This document shows positions 39,991 through 49,643 of a stretch of 62,018 bases of DNA, in pieces (within the stretch, counting starts at the first letter, position 1; each line of letters begins with the position of its first letter). A program made the translations under genes and the position numbers. The stretch comes from an uncultured Oscillospiraceae bacterium (lineage in GTDB: Bacteria > Bacillota > Clostridia > Peptostreptococcales > Anaerovoracaceae), in the NCBI GenBank assembly GCA_964344335.1, contig CAYFMW010000005.1, positions 1 through 62,018 on the forward strand, in the 5' to 3' direction. Under the pieces are notes generated by a model. It was not told the DNA's origin, made no database searches, and saw only the letters and a program-made list of their open reading frames with translations.

Positions 39991-41397
39991 ATGAAAACCA
40001 AGTTTGCAACTCAGGTAGAGGTTATTAAATATAAAATAATGAGGGAGCTCTGTCGCGCCACCTGGGCGGGCAGGGATCCCTTTACCGTATTCGACGAGAT
40101 AGCCGGCTCGGTAGTTAAGAAGGGAGAGCCTCCCATGAGCTGCTGTGTCTATAAGGACAGGGCTATAGTCGCGGATAGAATAAGAATGGGACTGGGAGAA
40201 TATCACGGCAAGAACGACACTATACAGGTCGTGGATATCGCCTGCGACGACTGCCCCCGTTCGGGATATACGGTTACGGAGCTTTGCAGAGGATGTCTCG
40301 CTCACAACTGCAAGGATGTCTGTCCGAAGAATGCAATCGGAACCGACGAAAGAGGACGCAGCTTTATAAACAAGGATACATGCATAAACTGCGGTCGCTG
40401 CGCGAAGGCCTGCAAGTACGGCGCGATTATCAATCTGACGCGCCCCTGCGAACGCGTTTGCCCCACGGGAGCGATTCACATGGGTGAAGACGGCGAAGCC
40501 GTGGTAGATCAGGACAAGTGCATAGTCTGCGGACTTTGCGTCTATGAATGTCCATTCGGAGCTCCCAGCGATATATCCGCCGTAGTCAAGGTAATAGAAG
40601 CCATAAAAAATCAGAACGAACGCAAGGTCTATGCTATTGTTGCACCCGCGGTCGCCGTGCAGTTCCCCGAGGCGACTACAGCCCAGGTATTCAGAGGGAT
40701 TAAGGAGATAGGCTTCGACGAAGTGGTCGAAGTTGCCATGGGCGCCGACGAAACCGCCCTCAACGAGGCGAAAGAGCTCCTCGAAAAGGGTTTCCTGACG
40801 ACCAGCTGCTGCCCGGCATTTGTAGAGTATATAGACATCGAATTTCCGGAACTCAGCCAATATGTCTCCCATACGCTGTCGCCGATGGTCTACACCGGCA
40901 AGGCTATAAAGGAGAAGGACCCGACTGCGGTGGTTGTCTTTATAGGTCCCTGCATGGCGAAGAAATACGAGAGGAAGCAGGACAAGGCTTCTCCATATAT
41001 CGACCATGTGCTCACTTTCTTCGAGCTGCAGGCGCTGCTGGGTTCGAAGGATATCGATCTGGCCACTCTGGAGGGCCTCGAACTTCAGGACGGAAGCGCC
41101 TACGGTAGGGCTTATTGCAAGACCGGAGGAGTTTCGGCCTCCGTCGTTCAGGCCATTAAGGAGCTCGGAAGAGAGGATTTCGAGGTAAAGGCCGTAATCT
41201 GCGACGGCATCGAGGAATGCAGAGCCGCCCTTATGAAAAAGAAGTTCGGCAAGCTCGATGCGAACATAATCGAGGGCATGTGTTGCCCCGGCGGATGTAT
41301 ACAGGGTAACGGCACTCTGGTCAACAAGAAAAATTCCGATAAGGAGATAGCCAATTATTCCGCTTCGGCGCAAAAACAGTCGATATCGGGAGTTTAG
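39991..41397 (+). CDS. [FeFe]-hydrogenase-like protein (4Fe-4S dicluster domains + H-cluster domain)
   Basis: Two CxxCxxCxxxCP ferredoxin motifs are present. So are the H-cluster signatures TSCCP, GPCMAKKYE and MCCPGGCIQG. Confidence 0.8.
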   Translation: MKTKFATQVEVIKYKIMRELCRATWAGRDPFTVFDEIAGSVVKKGEPPMSCCVYKDRAIVADRIRMGLGEYHGKNDTIQVVDIACDDCPRSGYTVTELCRGCLAHNCKDVCPKNAIGTDERGRSFINKDTCINCGRCAKACKYGAIINLTRPCERVCPTGAIHMGEDGEAVVDQDKCIVCGLCVYECPFGAPSDISAVVKVIEAIKNQNERKVYAIVAPAVAVQFPEATTAQVFRGIKEIGFDEVVEVAMGADETALNEAKELLEKGFLTTSCCPAFVEYIDIEFPELSQYVSHTLSPMVYTGKAIKEKDPTAVVVFIGPCMAKKYERKQDKASPYIDHVLTFFELQALLGSKDIDLATLEGLELQDGSAYGRAYCKTGGVSASVVQAIKELGREDFEVKAVICDGIEECRAALMKKKFGKLDANIIEGMCCPGGCIQGNGTLVNKKNSDKEIANYSASAQKQSISGV

Positions 41398-41409
41398 CGG
41401 AGAAGACAA

Positions 41410-42108
41410 TTGGAAAATTTGCCGGAACCGGGAGCAGGGAAACTAAATTTGTGGAAGTCGCTTACCATACTTCTGGGCCTTATGTATATATGCTTTTTAG
41501 CCCTCGATTTCTTTTTCGAGGGCTTTGCGCTTCTATCAGACTGCTTAAAATTCCTGTGCATCGCAATCTTGTTTTTGGCTCAGCTGCATTATGGCGGGAG
41601 GGCTCATCGGCTCTGGGTGGCCGCAGCCTTTATAACCGTAATAGCCGACATATTCCTGTTGTTTTCGCAACATTTTATACTCGGCATCTTGATATTTTGC
41701 TTTGCTCATCTTGCCAGGCTCCGCCGGGAATGCCCGTCCTGGGCGAGGGGAGCTGCAGTTTTGGTTCCGATATGTATCGCCGGAAAGATTTTTCTTCCGG
41801 CTCTGATTTGCGCCGGCCTTTGCTACGCAATTCTCCTGCTGGGCAATACCGCCTGCGCCTTTATAAACAAAAAAAGGGAACTGTCCCTCGCGTACATTCT
41901 CTTTATACTTTGTGATATATCCGTCCTTCTTACAAATCTCGGGCCCGAAGTGCTCCAAAGCTTTGCGAGACCGGCTATGTGGCTATTCTATCTTCCCTCG
42001 CAGTTCCTTCTCGCGGATGTGATGATAAGGGTAGAGAAAAAAGCGAAGTATGCAGAGCAGCATCAGCCAAACGCCTCCGATAAAAATTGCAATGCGCCTG
42101 AAAAATGA
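41410..42108 (+). CDS. polytopic membrane protein, YhhN (lysoplasmalogenase)-like
   Basis: Multiple TM helices with ADIFLL and CDISVLL motifs reminiscent of YhhN. TTG start 8 nt after GGAG. Confidence 0.45.
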   Translation: MENLPEPGAGKLNLWKSLTILLGLMYICFLALDFFFEGFALLSDCLKFLCIAILFLAQLHYGGRAHRLWVAAAFITVIADIFLLFSQHFILGILIFCFAHLARLRRECPSWARGAAVLVPICIAGKIFLPALICAGLCYAILLLGNTACAFINKKRELSLAYILFILCDISVLLTNLGPEVLQSFARPAMWLFYLPSQFLLADVMIRVEKKAKYAEQHQPNASDKNCNAPEK

Positions 42109-42657
42109 TTCGGGCAGATAATCGATTATAGGGTCGATCCTGCGGTCGAAGATCCAGTAGTCGTTGGAAAAAAGGAGTTTATGAAAGAGCACGAAAGCGT
42201 CGTCAAAGAAAAATGCGGCAGCAATCCCGCCGACAATAACTATTCCAATGCTCAGCCGGACGGCGCGAAGCATGTAGCGGTTGTCATTTTTTACTTGAGT
42301 TAGGCGTCCTCCCAGAGCGCTTGCAGCGCCAAGTGAAATGAATCCCGAAATCAATATAGCTTTGAAAATTTGTTTAACTTCTTCAAAGTGAACTTCGGCT
42401 TCATCCGACATTTCTAGGCCTTGGAATTCCAAGACTTTATCCCGCGGATCCAAGCTGTAGCGTATAAGAGTTCTATAGTTTTCCTGCATCGTGTACTCGC
42501 TGAGGCCCCTCTCGTTGATCCTATCGGAGGCGAAGTGCGGATAGACCCAAGTCTGCGAAACGGCGATGAACAGCGCCAGAGCAAAGATTCCCCAGGCCAG
42601 AAGCAGGGCAGCGAGCCATCCGATGGCGCAGTCTTTAATTTCAGGTCTTTTTTCCAT
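41983..42657 (-). CDS. TIGR01906/DUF1461 family integral membrane protein (Lit-like)
   Basis: It has an N-terminal TM helix and the motif LFSNDYWIFD..DPIIDYLPESFF. I chose the ATG at 42657, preceded by an AGAGGA RBS. Confidence 0.55.
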   Translation of the reverse strand: MEKRPEIKDCAIGWLAALLLAWGIFALALFIAVSQTWVYPHFASDRINERGLSEYTMQENYRTLIRYSLDPRDKVLEFQGLEMSDEAEVHFEEVKQIFKAILISGFISLGAASALGGRLTQVKNDNRYMLRAVRLSIGIVIVGGIAAAFFFDDAFVLFHKLLFSNDYWIFDRRIDPIIDYLPESFFRRIAIFIGGVWLMLLCILRFFLYPYHHIREKELRGKIE

Positions 42658-42840
42658 AATTTTCGTCCTCTGTTTCGGAATTCTTTCGTTTGTAATTATA
42701 CAGGAGGCGATTATGTTGTGGTATAACATTTTCTCAGCTTTATCCAAATTATAGGTAGAAAATGTTGTATCACCATTGATGTCATGGTTGTGATATAATT
42801 ATTGTGAAATTTTATGCACTCATAGAAAGGATGAAGCCAA

Positions 42841-45408
42841 ATGGCAGAGAGCGGAAGAAATAATCCCAGGCCTAAGAGCAAGGCCGCTGAGGAGAGAGAA
42901 CGCATAAAGGCCAAGGAGAGCGCCGAGGCCGAGAAGCTGCATCGCAGCAAAAGGCTTAAAGACGAAATTTTCGCCGTTGGAATAATCGCCTTCGGCGTTT
43001 TGGTCGTACTCAGCCTTCACACAGAACTGATCGGAGCTTTCGGAACTTTCACCGCCTCGGTCCTCTTCGGCATCTTCGGCAGGGTAGCCTATGTGCTGGC
43101 TTATTTTCTTATTCTCTGGGGAATCTTAATATTCCTTAATAAGACGAGCTATATTTCGACGAGGACGCTTATCTGCGCACTCTTTTTCTTTATCAGCATC
43201 TGCCTGATAAACGCCGCGCTGGTAGGGGGCCTGGAAGAGGACTTCAGCTTTAAACTCATCGCAGAAGCATATAAATCCGGGCGCGAAGCTGCGGGAGTAT
43301 TCGGCGCTGTTACGGGGAATCTGCTGTATAAGCTCACCGGACCTGTCGGTATATGGATAATCGGAATTTGCGGAATATTAATAACATTGATGTTTATCAT
43401 CGACACACCGATTTCCGTATTTTTCGATAATTTAAAGATTAAACGGGCAGCCATACGGAATGCCCGCAAGGCTCAGATGGAGGAAAATGAAAAGATTTTA
43501 GCGGAGGATAAAATCCGCAAGGAATTAGAGAGAAAGGCGGAAGAGGCCGCAAAGCTCGCAGCCGCGGAGGCGGAAAAGCAAAGAGCTATCGAAGCTGCCA
43601 AGGCGGCCGAGGAAAAGCTAAGGCAGTTTGAGCAAATAAACGATGACGGATTACCTCGCTTTAATCCTGACTTTAGACCAGAGAGCTTAGGACCTACGAG
43701 TCAAGATTCCGAATACAGCGGAAACCAGCAGCAGATTCTGGAATATGTTACGGATGATACACTCTTCGGCCAGCCCGAGGAGCCTAAGGAGGGTTACGGG
43801 CTCCACGCTTCGCCTTTCCCGGAGAGCGCTCCGGGCAGCGTTCTCGACGATAACTCGCATAAGAAGGAAGTATCACCGCCAAAAAAATCCCCGGCGGCAG
43901 GTTCTGAAAAAGCCGAAGGAAAGGAACCTGCCTACAGATATCCTCCCATGGAACTTCTTAACAAGCCTTCCGAGACAAAGAGCGGTGGCTCGGCTGCTGT
44001 AATGAGCCGTCAGGCGCAGGTCCTCGAGGAGACCCTCGCAAGCTTCGGCGTGAGCGCTACCGTCGTCGACATGGTTAAGGGTCCGAGCGTAACTCGCTTC
44101 GAGGTTCATCCTGCAGCCGGTGTAAAGGTTTCCAAGATAGTTTCGCTTCAGGACGACCTCGCCCTGAATCTAAAGGCAAAGTCGCTAAGAATTGAAGCTC
44201 CGATACCCGGCAAGGCGGCTGTGGGAATTGAGATTTCAAACGATGTCGCCACTCCGGTTCTTCTCAGAGAGGTTATGGAATCGCGGGAATTCAGATCGGC
44301 GAAGTCCAAGATTTCTGTCGCCCTCGGCAAAAATGTTACCGGAAGCAGCGTGGTTGCAAACCTCAGCGATATGCCTCACCTGCTGATAGCAGGCGCCACG
44401 GGCTCCGGAAAATCGGTATGCATAAATTCCATGATACTGTCGCTGCTCTACAAGGCTTCTCCCGAAGAGGTGAGGCTGATACTCATAGACCCAAAGGTTG
44501 TCGAACTGAGCATTTACAAGGGCATACCTCATCTGCTTATGCCGGTGGTTACCGAACCCGCAAAGGCCTCGGCCGCTTTAGGTTGGGCTGTTTCGGAGAT
44601 GAACGAGCGCTACAATAAGTTCGCGGAAGAAAGCGTGAGGGATCTTCAGAGCTATAACGAAACCGTCCGGGCCAACGGCGAAGAAGAAAAAGTTCTGCCT
44701 AATATTATAATCATCATCGATGAGCTCGCAGACCTTATAATGTCGGCTCAGAATGCGGTGGAAGATTCGATCTGCCGCATAGCTCAGAAGGCCAGAGCGA
44801 CCGGCATGCACCTGATAATTGCTACGCAGAGGCCCTCGGTGGATGTAATAACCGGGGTTATTAAGGCTAATATCCCGAGCAGGATCGCCTTTGCCGTCTC
44901 TTCTCAGGTGGATTCGCGAACCATATTGGATATGGGCGGAGCGGAAAAACTTCTCGGCAAAGGGGATATGCTTTACTATCCTCAAGGAAAGCCCAAGCCC
45001 GAGAGAATTCAGGCTTGCTTTGTTTCGGAAGGGGAGGTTGTAAAGGTTATAGATTTTCTCAGGGAGAATTCTCAGGAGAACGAATACGACCCGGAAGTTA
45101 TAAAGGCGGTCAGCTCCGGGGGTTCTCAGTCTGCGGATGATTACATAGACGAGGAGGATGAGCTTCTGCCCGATGCCATAGAATGCGTTGTCAGGGCGGA
45201 GCAGGCAAGCGTTTCAATGCTTCAGAGGCGCTTTCGAATCGGATACAACAGAGCGGCCAGACTTATGGACAGCATGCAGGAGCGGGGCATAGTGGGGCCG
45301 GCGGACGGTTCACGCCCAAGAAAGGTTATGCTCTCCCCTGAACAGTTTGAGGAACTTCAAAGCCAAAGCCTTGAAGCGACGGAAGATTCGAATTGGGAAA
45401 CTTTTTAA
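42841..45408 (+). CDS. ftsK: DNA translocase FtsK/SpoIIIE
   Basis: N-terminal TM helices, a linker, an ATPase domain (GATGSGKS, IIIDELADL) and a C-terminal gamma winged helix. Confidence 0.95.
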   Translation: MAESGRNNPRPKSKAAEERERIKAKESAEAEKLHRSKRLKDEIFAVGIIAFGVLVVLSLHTELIGAFGTFTASVLFGIFGRVAYVLAYFLILWGILIFLNKTSYISTRTLICALFFFISICLINAALVGGLEEDFSFKLIAEAYKSGREAAGVFGAVTGNLLYKLTGPVGIWIIGICGILITLMFIIDTPISVFFDNLKIKRAAIRNARKAQMEENEKILAEDKIRKELERKAEEAAKLAAAEAEKQRAIEAAKAAEEKLRQFEQINDDGLPRFNPDFRPESLGPTSQDSEYSGNQQQILEYVTDDTLFGQPEEPKEGYGLHASPFPESAPGSVLDDNSHKKEVSPPKKSPAAGSEKAEGKEPAYRYPPMELLNKPSETKSGGSAAVMSRQAQVLEETLASFGVSATVVDMVKGPSVTRFEVHPAAGVKVSKIVSLQDDLALNLKAKSLRIEAPIPGKAAVGIEISNDVATPVLLREVMESREFRSAKSKISVALGKNVTGSSVVANLSDMPHLLIAGATGSGKSVCINSMILSLLYKASPEEVRLILIDPKVVELSIYKGIPHLLMPVVTEPAKASAALGWAVSEMNERYNKFAEESVRDLQSYNETVRANGEEEKVLPNIIIIIDELADLIMSAQNAVEDSICRIAQKARATGMHLIIATQRPSVDVITGVIKANIPSRIAFAVSSQVDSRTILDMGGAEKLLGKGDMLYYPQGKPKPERIQACFVSEGEVVKVIDFLRENSQENEYDPEVIKAVSSGGSQSADDYIDEEDELLPDAIECVVRAEQASVSMLQRRFRIGYNRAARLMDSMQERGIVGPADGSRPRKVMLSPEQFEELQSQSLEATEDSNWETF

Positions 45409-46715
45409 ATTTTTATATTAGAACTTTAGGATGCGATAAGAACGGCGTGGATTCGGATAATCTTGCGGCTTTGTTGTTGCGGGAAGGTCATCGGATGGTG
45501 CCGGGCCCGCAGGATGCCGACCTGATAATACTTAACAGCTGCGCTTTTATCGAGGATGCGAAGAAGGAGTCGATAGACGCCTTCTTTGAGCTTTCAAATT
45601 TAAGGAAATCGGGAGCCAGGATGGTTCTGGCGGGCTGCCTTGCGCAAAGATATCCGAAGGAACTTTCCTCAGAACTACCTGAGGCTGATTTTATAATCGG
45701 AGTAAACGAATACGAGAATTTCGTAAGCGCCCTCGCTGAAGGGCCCGAAAGGCTGATGGCGAGTGCTTGTAATTCCGAATATATGGAGCTTCCAAGGCAT
45801 TTTGAGAGCGGCGCGAGCGCTTATATAAAGATTGCCGAGGGTTGCAGCAATGTTTGCAGTTATTGCGCGATTCCGTATATCAGAGGCAGCTACAGAAGCA
45901 GAAGGCCGGAAAAGATACTGGAAGAGGCTCGGATGCTTGCAACGCAGGGGGTCAAAGAGCTGATAGTTATCGCTCAGAATACTACATCCTACGGCAGGGA
46001 TTTGGACGGAGGAGCAAATCTGCCCGGATTGCTCGCAGAATTGTGTAAAGTCCCCGGCTTTGAGTGGATAAGGCTGATGTATTGCTACGAGCATGAGATT
46101 AGCGACGAGCTTATAGAGACAATAAAAAGCGAAGAAAAGATATGCAAATATATCGATATACCGCTTCAGCATTGTTCCGCTCGTATACTCCAGGCCATGA
46201 ACCGCAAATCCACTCCGGAATCCATAAGAGCTACCATAAAGAGATTACGTAAACAAATTCCAGGCATTGCCCTTAGAACTACGCTCATAGTCGGTTTTCC
46301 GGGTGAAAGCAGCGAAGACTTTGAGCAACTTTGCGACTTTGTTTCGGAGATGCGCTTTGAGCGCCTGGGAGTTTTCGAATATTCCAGGGAGGAAGGTACT
46401 TTGGCCGCGGAATTGCCGCATCAGATCGGCAGGGAGACAAAGCGACGCCGCAAGGATCGCATCATGAGACTTCAGCAGGCTATTTCTCTGGAAAACAACG
46501 AGAAATACATCGGAAAGACCCTTAAAGTGATGGTCGAAGAAAAATTCGAGGACGGCAGCTACGAGGGCAGGAGCGAGTTCGATGCGCCCGAAATTGACAA
46601 TGGCGTACTCTTTACAAGCAAGGAGGAACTTGAACCCGGCAGCTTTGTGACGGTCAAGATTAACGATGCTTTTGATTATGATTTAACGGGGGAATATTAT
46701 GAACCTTCCAAATAA
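45393..46715 (+). CDS. rimO: ribosomal protein S12 methylthiotransferase RimO
   Basis: It has a UPF0004 domain (LGCDKNGVDS), the radical SAM motif CSNVCSYC and a TRAM domain. It sits just upstream of pgsA. Only a TTG start is available. Confidence 0.85.
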   Translation: MGNFLNFYIRTLGCDKNGVDSDNLAALLLREGHRMVPGPQDADLIILNSCAFIEDAKKESIDAFFELSNLRKSGARMVLAGCLAQRYPKELSSELPEADFIIGVNEYENFVSALAEGPERLMASACNSEYMELPRHFESGASAYIKIAEGCSNVCSYCAIPYIRGSYRSRRPEKILEEARMLATQGVKELIVIAQNTTSYGRDLDGGANLPGLLAELCKVPGFEWIRLMYCYEHEISDELIETIKSEEKICKYIDIPLQHCSARILQAMNRKSTPESIRATIKRLRKQIPGIALRTTLIVGFPGESSEDFEQLCDFVSEMRFERLGVFEYSREEGTLAAELPHQIGRETKRRRKDRIMRLQQAISLENNEKYIGKTLKVMVEEKFEDGSYEGRSEFDAPEIDNGVLFTSKEELEPGSFVTVKINDAFDYDLTGEYYEPSK

Positions 46716-47766
46716 GCTAACTGTCGCGCGCATAATATGCGTGCCTGTATTCGTAGCCCTGTACATCTCGGATATGTTTATAGCGGCCTGCGCCGTGTTC
46801 TTAGTTGCTGCGTTCACGGATTTTCTGGACGGATATATTGCAAGAAAACAAGGTCTGGTTACGAATTTCGGCAAGATAATGGACCCTTTGGCGGATAAAA
46901 TTCTCGTCTATTCGGCCTTCTGCTTGATGGTCGAAGATGCGACTCTTCCCGCCTGGACACTCATAATTATACTTCTTCGTGAATTTACGGTATCGGGAAT
47001 GAGGACGGTTGCTGCCGCCGAGGGAATAGTTATAGCCGCAGGTGCAAGCGGTAAGGCGAAGACGGTTCTGCAGATGCTTGCCGTACCGCTATTAATTGTC
47101 CGCTCCCTCAATCCCGTTGTAAATACCGCTGCTTATATATTGTTTCATGCGAGTCTTGCGATGACCGTGTACAGCGGGGCGGAATATGTAATCAAAAACA
47201 TAGGAATATTCAGCTTAAATGAGACTTCCGATGCAGGCAGCGGTGCATCGCAGAAGGCCGAGGCTTCAAGAGTTAGACTTGCGGGAGGAAAGAATTCCGC
47301 GGAGATAACTGAGAAGGTGATAGATAGGCTTAAGGAGTATAAAATCAGGCTCGCTGCGGCCGAATCGATGACGGGCGGGTTGTTTGCCAAAGAGATTACC
47401 GATCGTCCCGGAGTTTCGATATTCTTTGACAGAAGCTGCGTAACTTATTCCGATGAGGCGAAGATAAAGGAACTCGGCGTTTCGGAGAGCACGCTTGCGG
47501 AATTCGGTGCCATAAGCGCGCAATGCGCAGGGGAGATGGCTGAAGGTTTGCACGAAAGGACCGGCTGCGAACTATGCATCTCGGTGACCGGCAATGCGGG
47601 TCCGGATCCCGCTGAAGGAAAGAGAGTGGGAGAGTACTATATCGGTATATGGTATGCGGGGGCACTCAAGATACGGAAACATATCCTCTCTTCGGACGAC
47701 AGGGCTCAAATCAGGCTTGACGCTTGCGACAAGATGTTCGAGGCCATCCACGAAGTGTTGTTTTAA
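46699..47766 (+). CDS. pgsA: fusion protein: CDP-diacylglycerol--glycerol-3-phosphate 3-phosphatidyltransferase + CinA C-terminal (PncC-type NMN amidohydrolase) domain
   Basis: aa 1-172 are PgsA (DFLDGYIARK..G..DPLADK). aa 173-200 are a linker. aa 201-355 are CinA_C-like (AAAESMTGGL..SVTGNAGP). One uninterrupted ORF. Confidence 0.8.
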   Translation: MNLPNKLTVARIICVPVFVALYISDMFIAACAVFLVAAFTDFLDGYIARKQGLVTNFGKIMDPLADKILVYSAFCLMVEDATLPAWTLIIILLREFTVSGMRTVAAAEGIVIAAGASGKAKTVLQMLAVPLLIVRSLNPVVNTAAYILFHASLAMTVYSGAEYVIKNIGIFSLNETSDAGSGASQKAEASRVRLAGGKNSAEITEKVIDRLKEYKIRLAAAESMTGGLFAKEITDRPGVSIFFDRSCVTYSDEAKIKELGVSESTLAEFGAISAQCAGEMAEGLHERTGCELCISVTGNAGPDPAEGKRVGEYYIGIWYAGALKIRKHILSSDDRAQIRLDACDKMFEAIHEVLF

Positions 47767-47771
47767 TAATA

Positions 47772-47800
47772 TTGACAAATATGTAAAATAATGGTATTAT
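47772..47800 (+). promoter_or_regulatory. recA promoter
   Basis: TTGACA, a 17-nt spacer, then TATTAT with an extended TG. Confidence 0.7.
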
Positions 47801-47850
47801 GCAATAAAATTGTGCTTGACCTAAGACAGCGCATTGGGGTAGAATAAACG

Positions 47851-47864
47851 AGAACAAATGTTCT
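47851..47864. promoter_or_regulatory. LexA (Cheo/SOS) box upstream of recA
   Basis: AGAACAAATGTTCT matches the Gram-positive consensus GAAC-N4-GTTC. It lies between the promoter and the recA start. Confidence 0.8.
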
Positions 47865-47907
47865 TGTTTCTGTAACTGATATGGCTTTTTGGCCGGAAAG
47901 AGGAAAA

Positions 47908-48963
47908 ATGGCAAACAAGGTTAATAAAGACGAAAGAGATAAGGCCCTGGAAGCCGCAATCGCACAGATAGACAGACGCTTCGGAAAGGGATCGATAATG
48001 TCTCTGGGAGACGAGGGCGCAAGGCTCAATATCGAAGCTATCCCGACCGGGTCGGTAAGTCTGGATATCGCCATAGGTATAGGCGGCGTGCCCAAGGGTA
48101 GAGTAGTGGAAATTTACGGGCCCGAGGCTTCAGGTAAGACCACTCTTGCTCTGCACATTATTGCTGAGGCTCAAAAACAGGGCGGCAAGGCTGCCTTCAT
48201 AGACGCGGAGCATGCATTGGATCCTATATATGCCCGCGGTATAGGAGTGGATATAGACGAACTCCTGGTTTCTCAGCCGGACACCGGAGAAGACGCACTC
48301 GAAATCTGCGAGATGCTTGTCAGATCGGGTGCGATTTCCATAGTCGTAATAGACTCGGTCGCTGCGCTGGTCCCGAAGGCGGAGATACAGGGAGATATGG
48401 GCGATTCGCATGTCGGCCTTCAGGCGCGGTTAATGTCCCAGGCTCTCAGAAAGCTTACGGGTGTCATAAATAAAACCAAGACTACGGTTGTGTTCATTAA
48501 CCAGCTGCGAGAGAAGGTCGGAATAATGTTCGGCAACCCCGAGGTTACGACAGGAGGCCGGGCGCTCAAGTTTTACAGCACCGTCAGGCTCGATGTGCGG
48601 CGCATAGAATCCATAAAAAAAGGGGACGAAATCCTCGGAAACAGGACCAGAGTCAAGGTTGTCAAAAACAAGGTCGCTCCGCCGTTTAAGCTAACCGAAT
48701 TCGATATTATGTACGGCAAGGGTATATCCAGGTCGGGAGATATTCTGGACTGCGCCGTCAGCGCGGACCTTCTCGAAAAAAGCGGCTCCTGGTACAGTTA
48801 CAACGGAGAGCGAATCGGCCAAGGCAGAGAGAATGTTAAGAGCTACCTCGAAGAGCATCCCGAGATTATGGATAAACTCGAAGAACGGATTAAGGAAATC
48901 TTCGTTGTCAAGAACGATGATGGCCTTGAAGTGGACGAAGACGGGGTAATAATCGAAAATTGA
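47908..48963 (+). CDS. recA: recombinase RecA
   Basis: [10 protein letters not shown]-loop and typical RecA sequence. The ATG at 47908 has an AGAGGA RBS. Confidence 0.97.
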   Translation: MANKVNKDERDKALEAAIAQIDRRFGKGSIMSLGDEGARLNIEAIPTGSVSLDIAIGIGGVPKGRVVEIYGPEASGKTTLALHIIAEAQKQGGKAAFIDAEHALDPIYARGIGVDIDELLVSQPDTGEDALEICEMLVRSGAISIVVIDSVAALVPKAEIQGDMGDSHVGLQARLMSQALRKLTGVINKTKTTVVFINQLREKVGIMFGNPEVTTGGRALKFYSTVRLDVRRIESIKKGDEILGNRTRVKVVKNKVAPPFKLTEFDIMYGKGISRSGDILDCAVSADLLEKSGSWYSYNGERIGQGRENVKSYLEEHPEIMDKLEERIKEIFVVKNDDGLEVDEDGVIIEN

Positions 48964-48974
48964 GGAATCAATGC

Positions 48975-49003
48975 TTGACAGCGTTTTACCTCTCTGTTAT
49001 ACT
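48975..49003 (+). promoter_or_regulatory. promoter for the rplU-rpmA operon, followed by a ~85-nt leader
   Basis: TTGACA, a 17-nt spacer, then TATACT. The leader at 49004-49089 could be an L21-type ribosomal leader; this is unverified. Confidence 0.65.
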
Positions 49004-49089
49004 ATGCGCGTTGCCGCTCCGAGTGGGTAATTTTTGAGTGCGAGAAGCCACCCGCAAAGGCGAGACCGGTTAGAGGAGGTAATTTATAA

Positions 49090-49620
49090 GTGTATGCAAT
49101 TGTAGAGACCGGAGGAAAACAGTACAGAGTTTCCGAAGGCGAGATAATCCGTGTCGAGAGACTTAAAGCGGACGCCGGCGAAAGCGTAATGCTGGATAAG
49201 GTTCTGATTATCGGCAGCGAGGCCGAGACTCTGGTGGGTTCACCCTATCTGGACGGAGCCTTCGTAGAGGCTGAAGTCCTCGAGAACGGAAAAGGAAAGA
49301 AAGTAATAATTTTTAAGTATAAGGCGAAGAAGCGCTATCGTAAGAAGCAGGGCCACAGGCAGCCTTATACGGAACTTGAGATTAAGAAGATCGCCAAGAG
49401 CGGCGGAAAGAGCGAGAAGAAGGCCGAAAAGCCCGCAGCTTCCGCCAAAGCGAAGGCTGAATCCGAAAAGCCGCAGGCAGCTCCCGTGACGGAAGTCGAT
49501 TTAAATGTCATGACAAAGGCGGAGCTTGCGGAATTTGCGGAGACCAAAGGGATTGAGGTTTCGATGCGTCTTAAAAAGGACGAGATGATCGCAGCGATTG
49601 AAGAAGCTCTCAACGAGTAA
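49090..49620 (+). CDS. rplU: 50S ribosomal protein L21 with ~75-aa C-terminal extension
   Basis: The core is [14 protein letters not shown]...[13 protein letters not shown]. It is followed by a K/A/E-rich linker and an HeH/Rho_N-like module ([16 protein letters not shown]..). GTG start after AGAGGAGG. Confidence 0.92.
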   Translation: MYAIVETGGKQYRVSEGEIIRVERLKADAGESVMLDKVLIIGSEAETLVGSPYLDGAFVEAEVLENGKGKKVIIFKYKAKKRYRKKQGHRQPYTELEIKKIAKSGGKSEKKAEKPAASAKAKAESEKPQAAPVTEVDLNVMTKAELAEFAETKGIEVSMRLKKDEMIAAIEEALNE

Positions 49621-49643
49621 ATCAGGGATCGGAGGTATCTAAG

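Noticed and set aside
39958-41409. 483-aa ORF on the minus strand covering the whole hydrogenase-like gene
   Set aside because: The + strand product has unmistakable ferredoxin and H-cluster motifs. The antisense translation is low-complexity with no recognisable motifs or RBS, so it is a typical shadow ORF.
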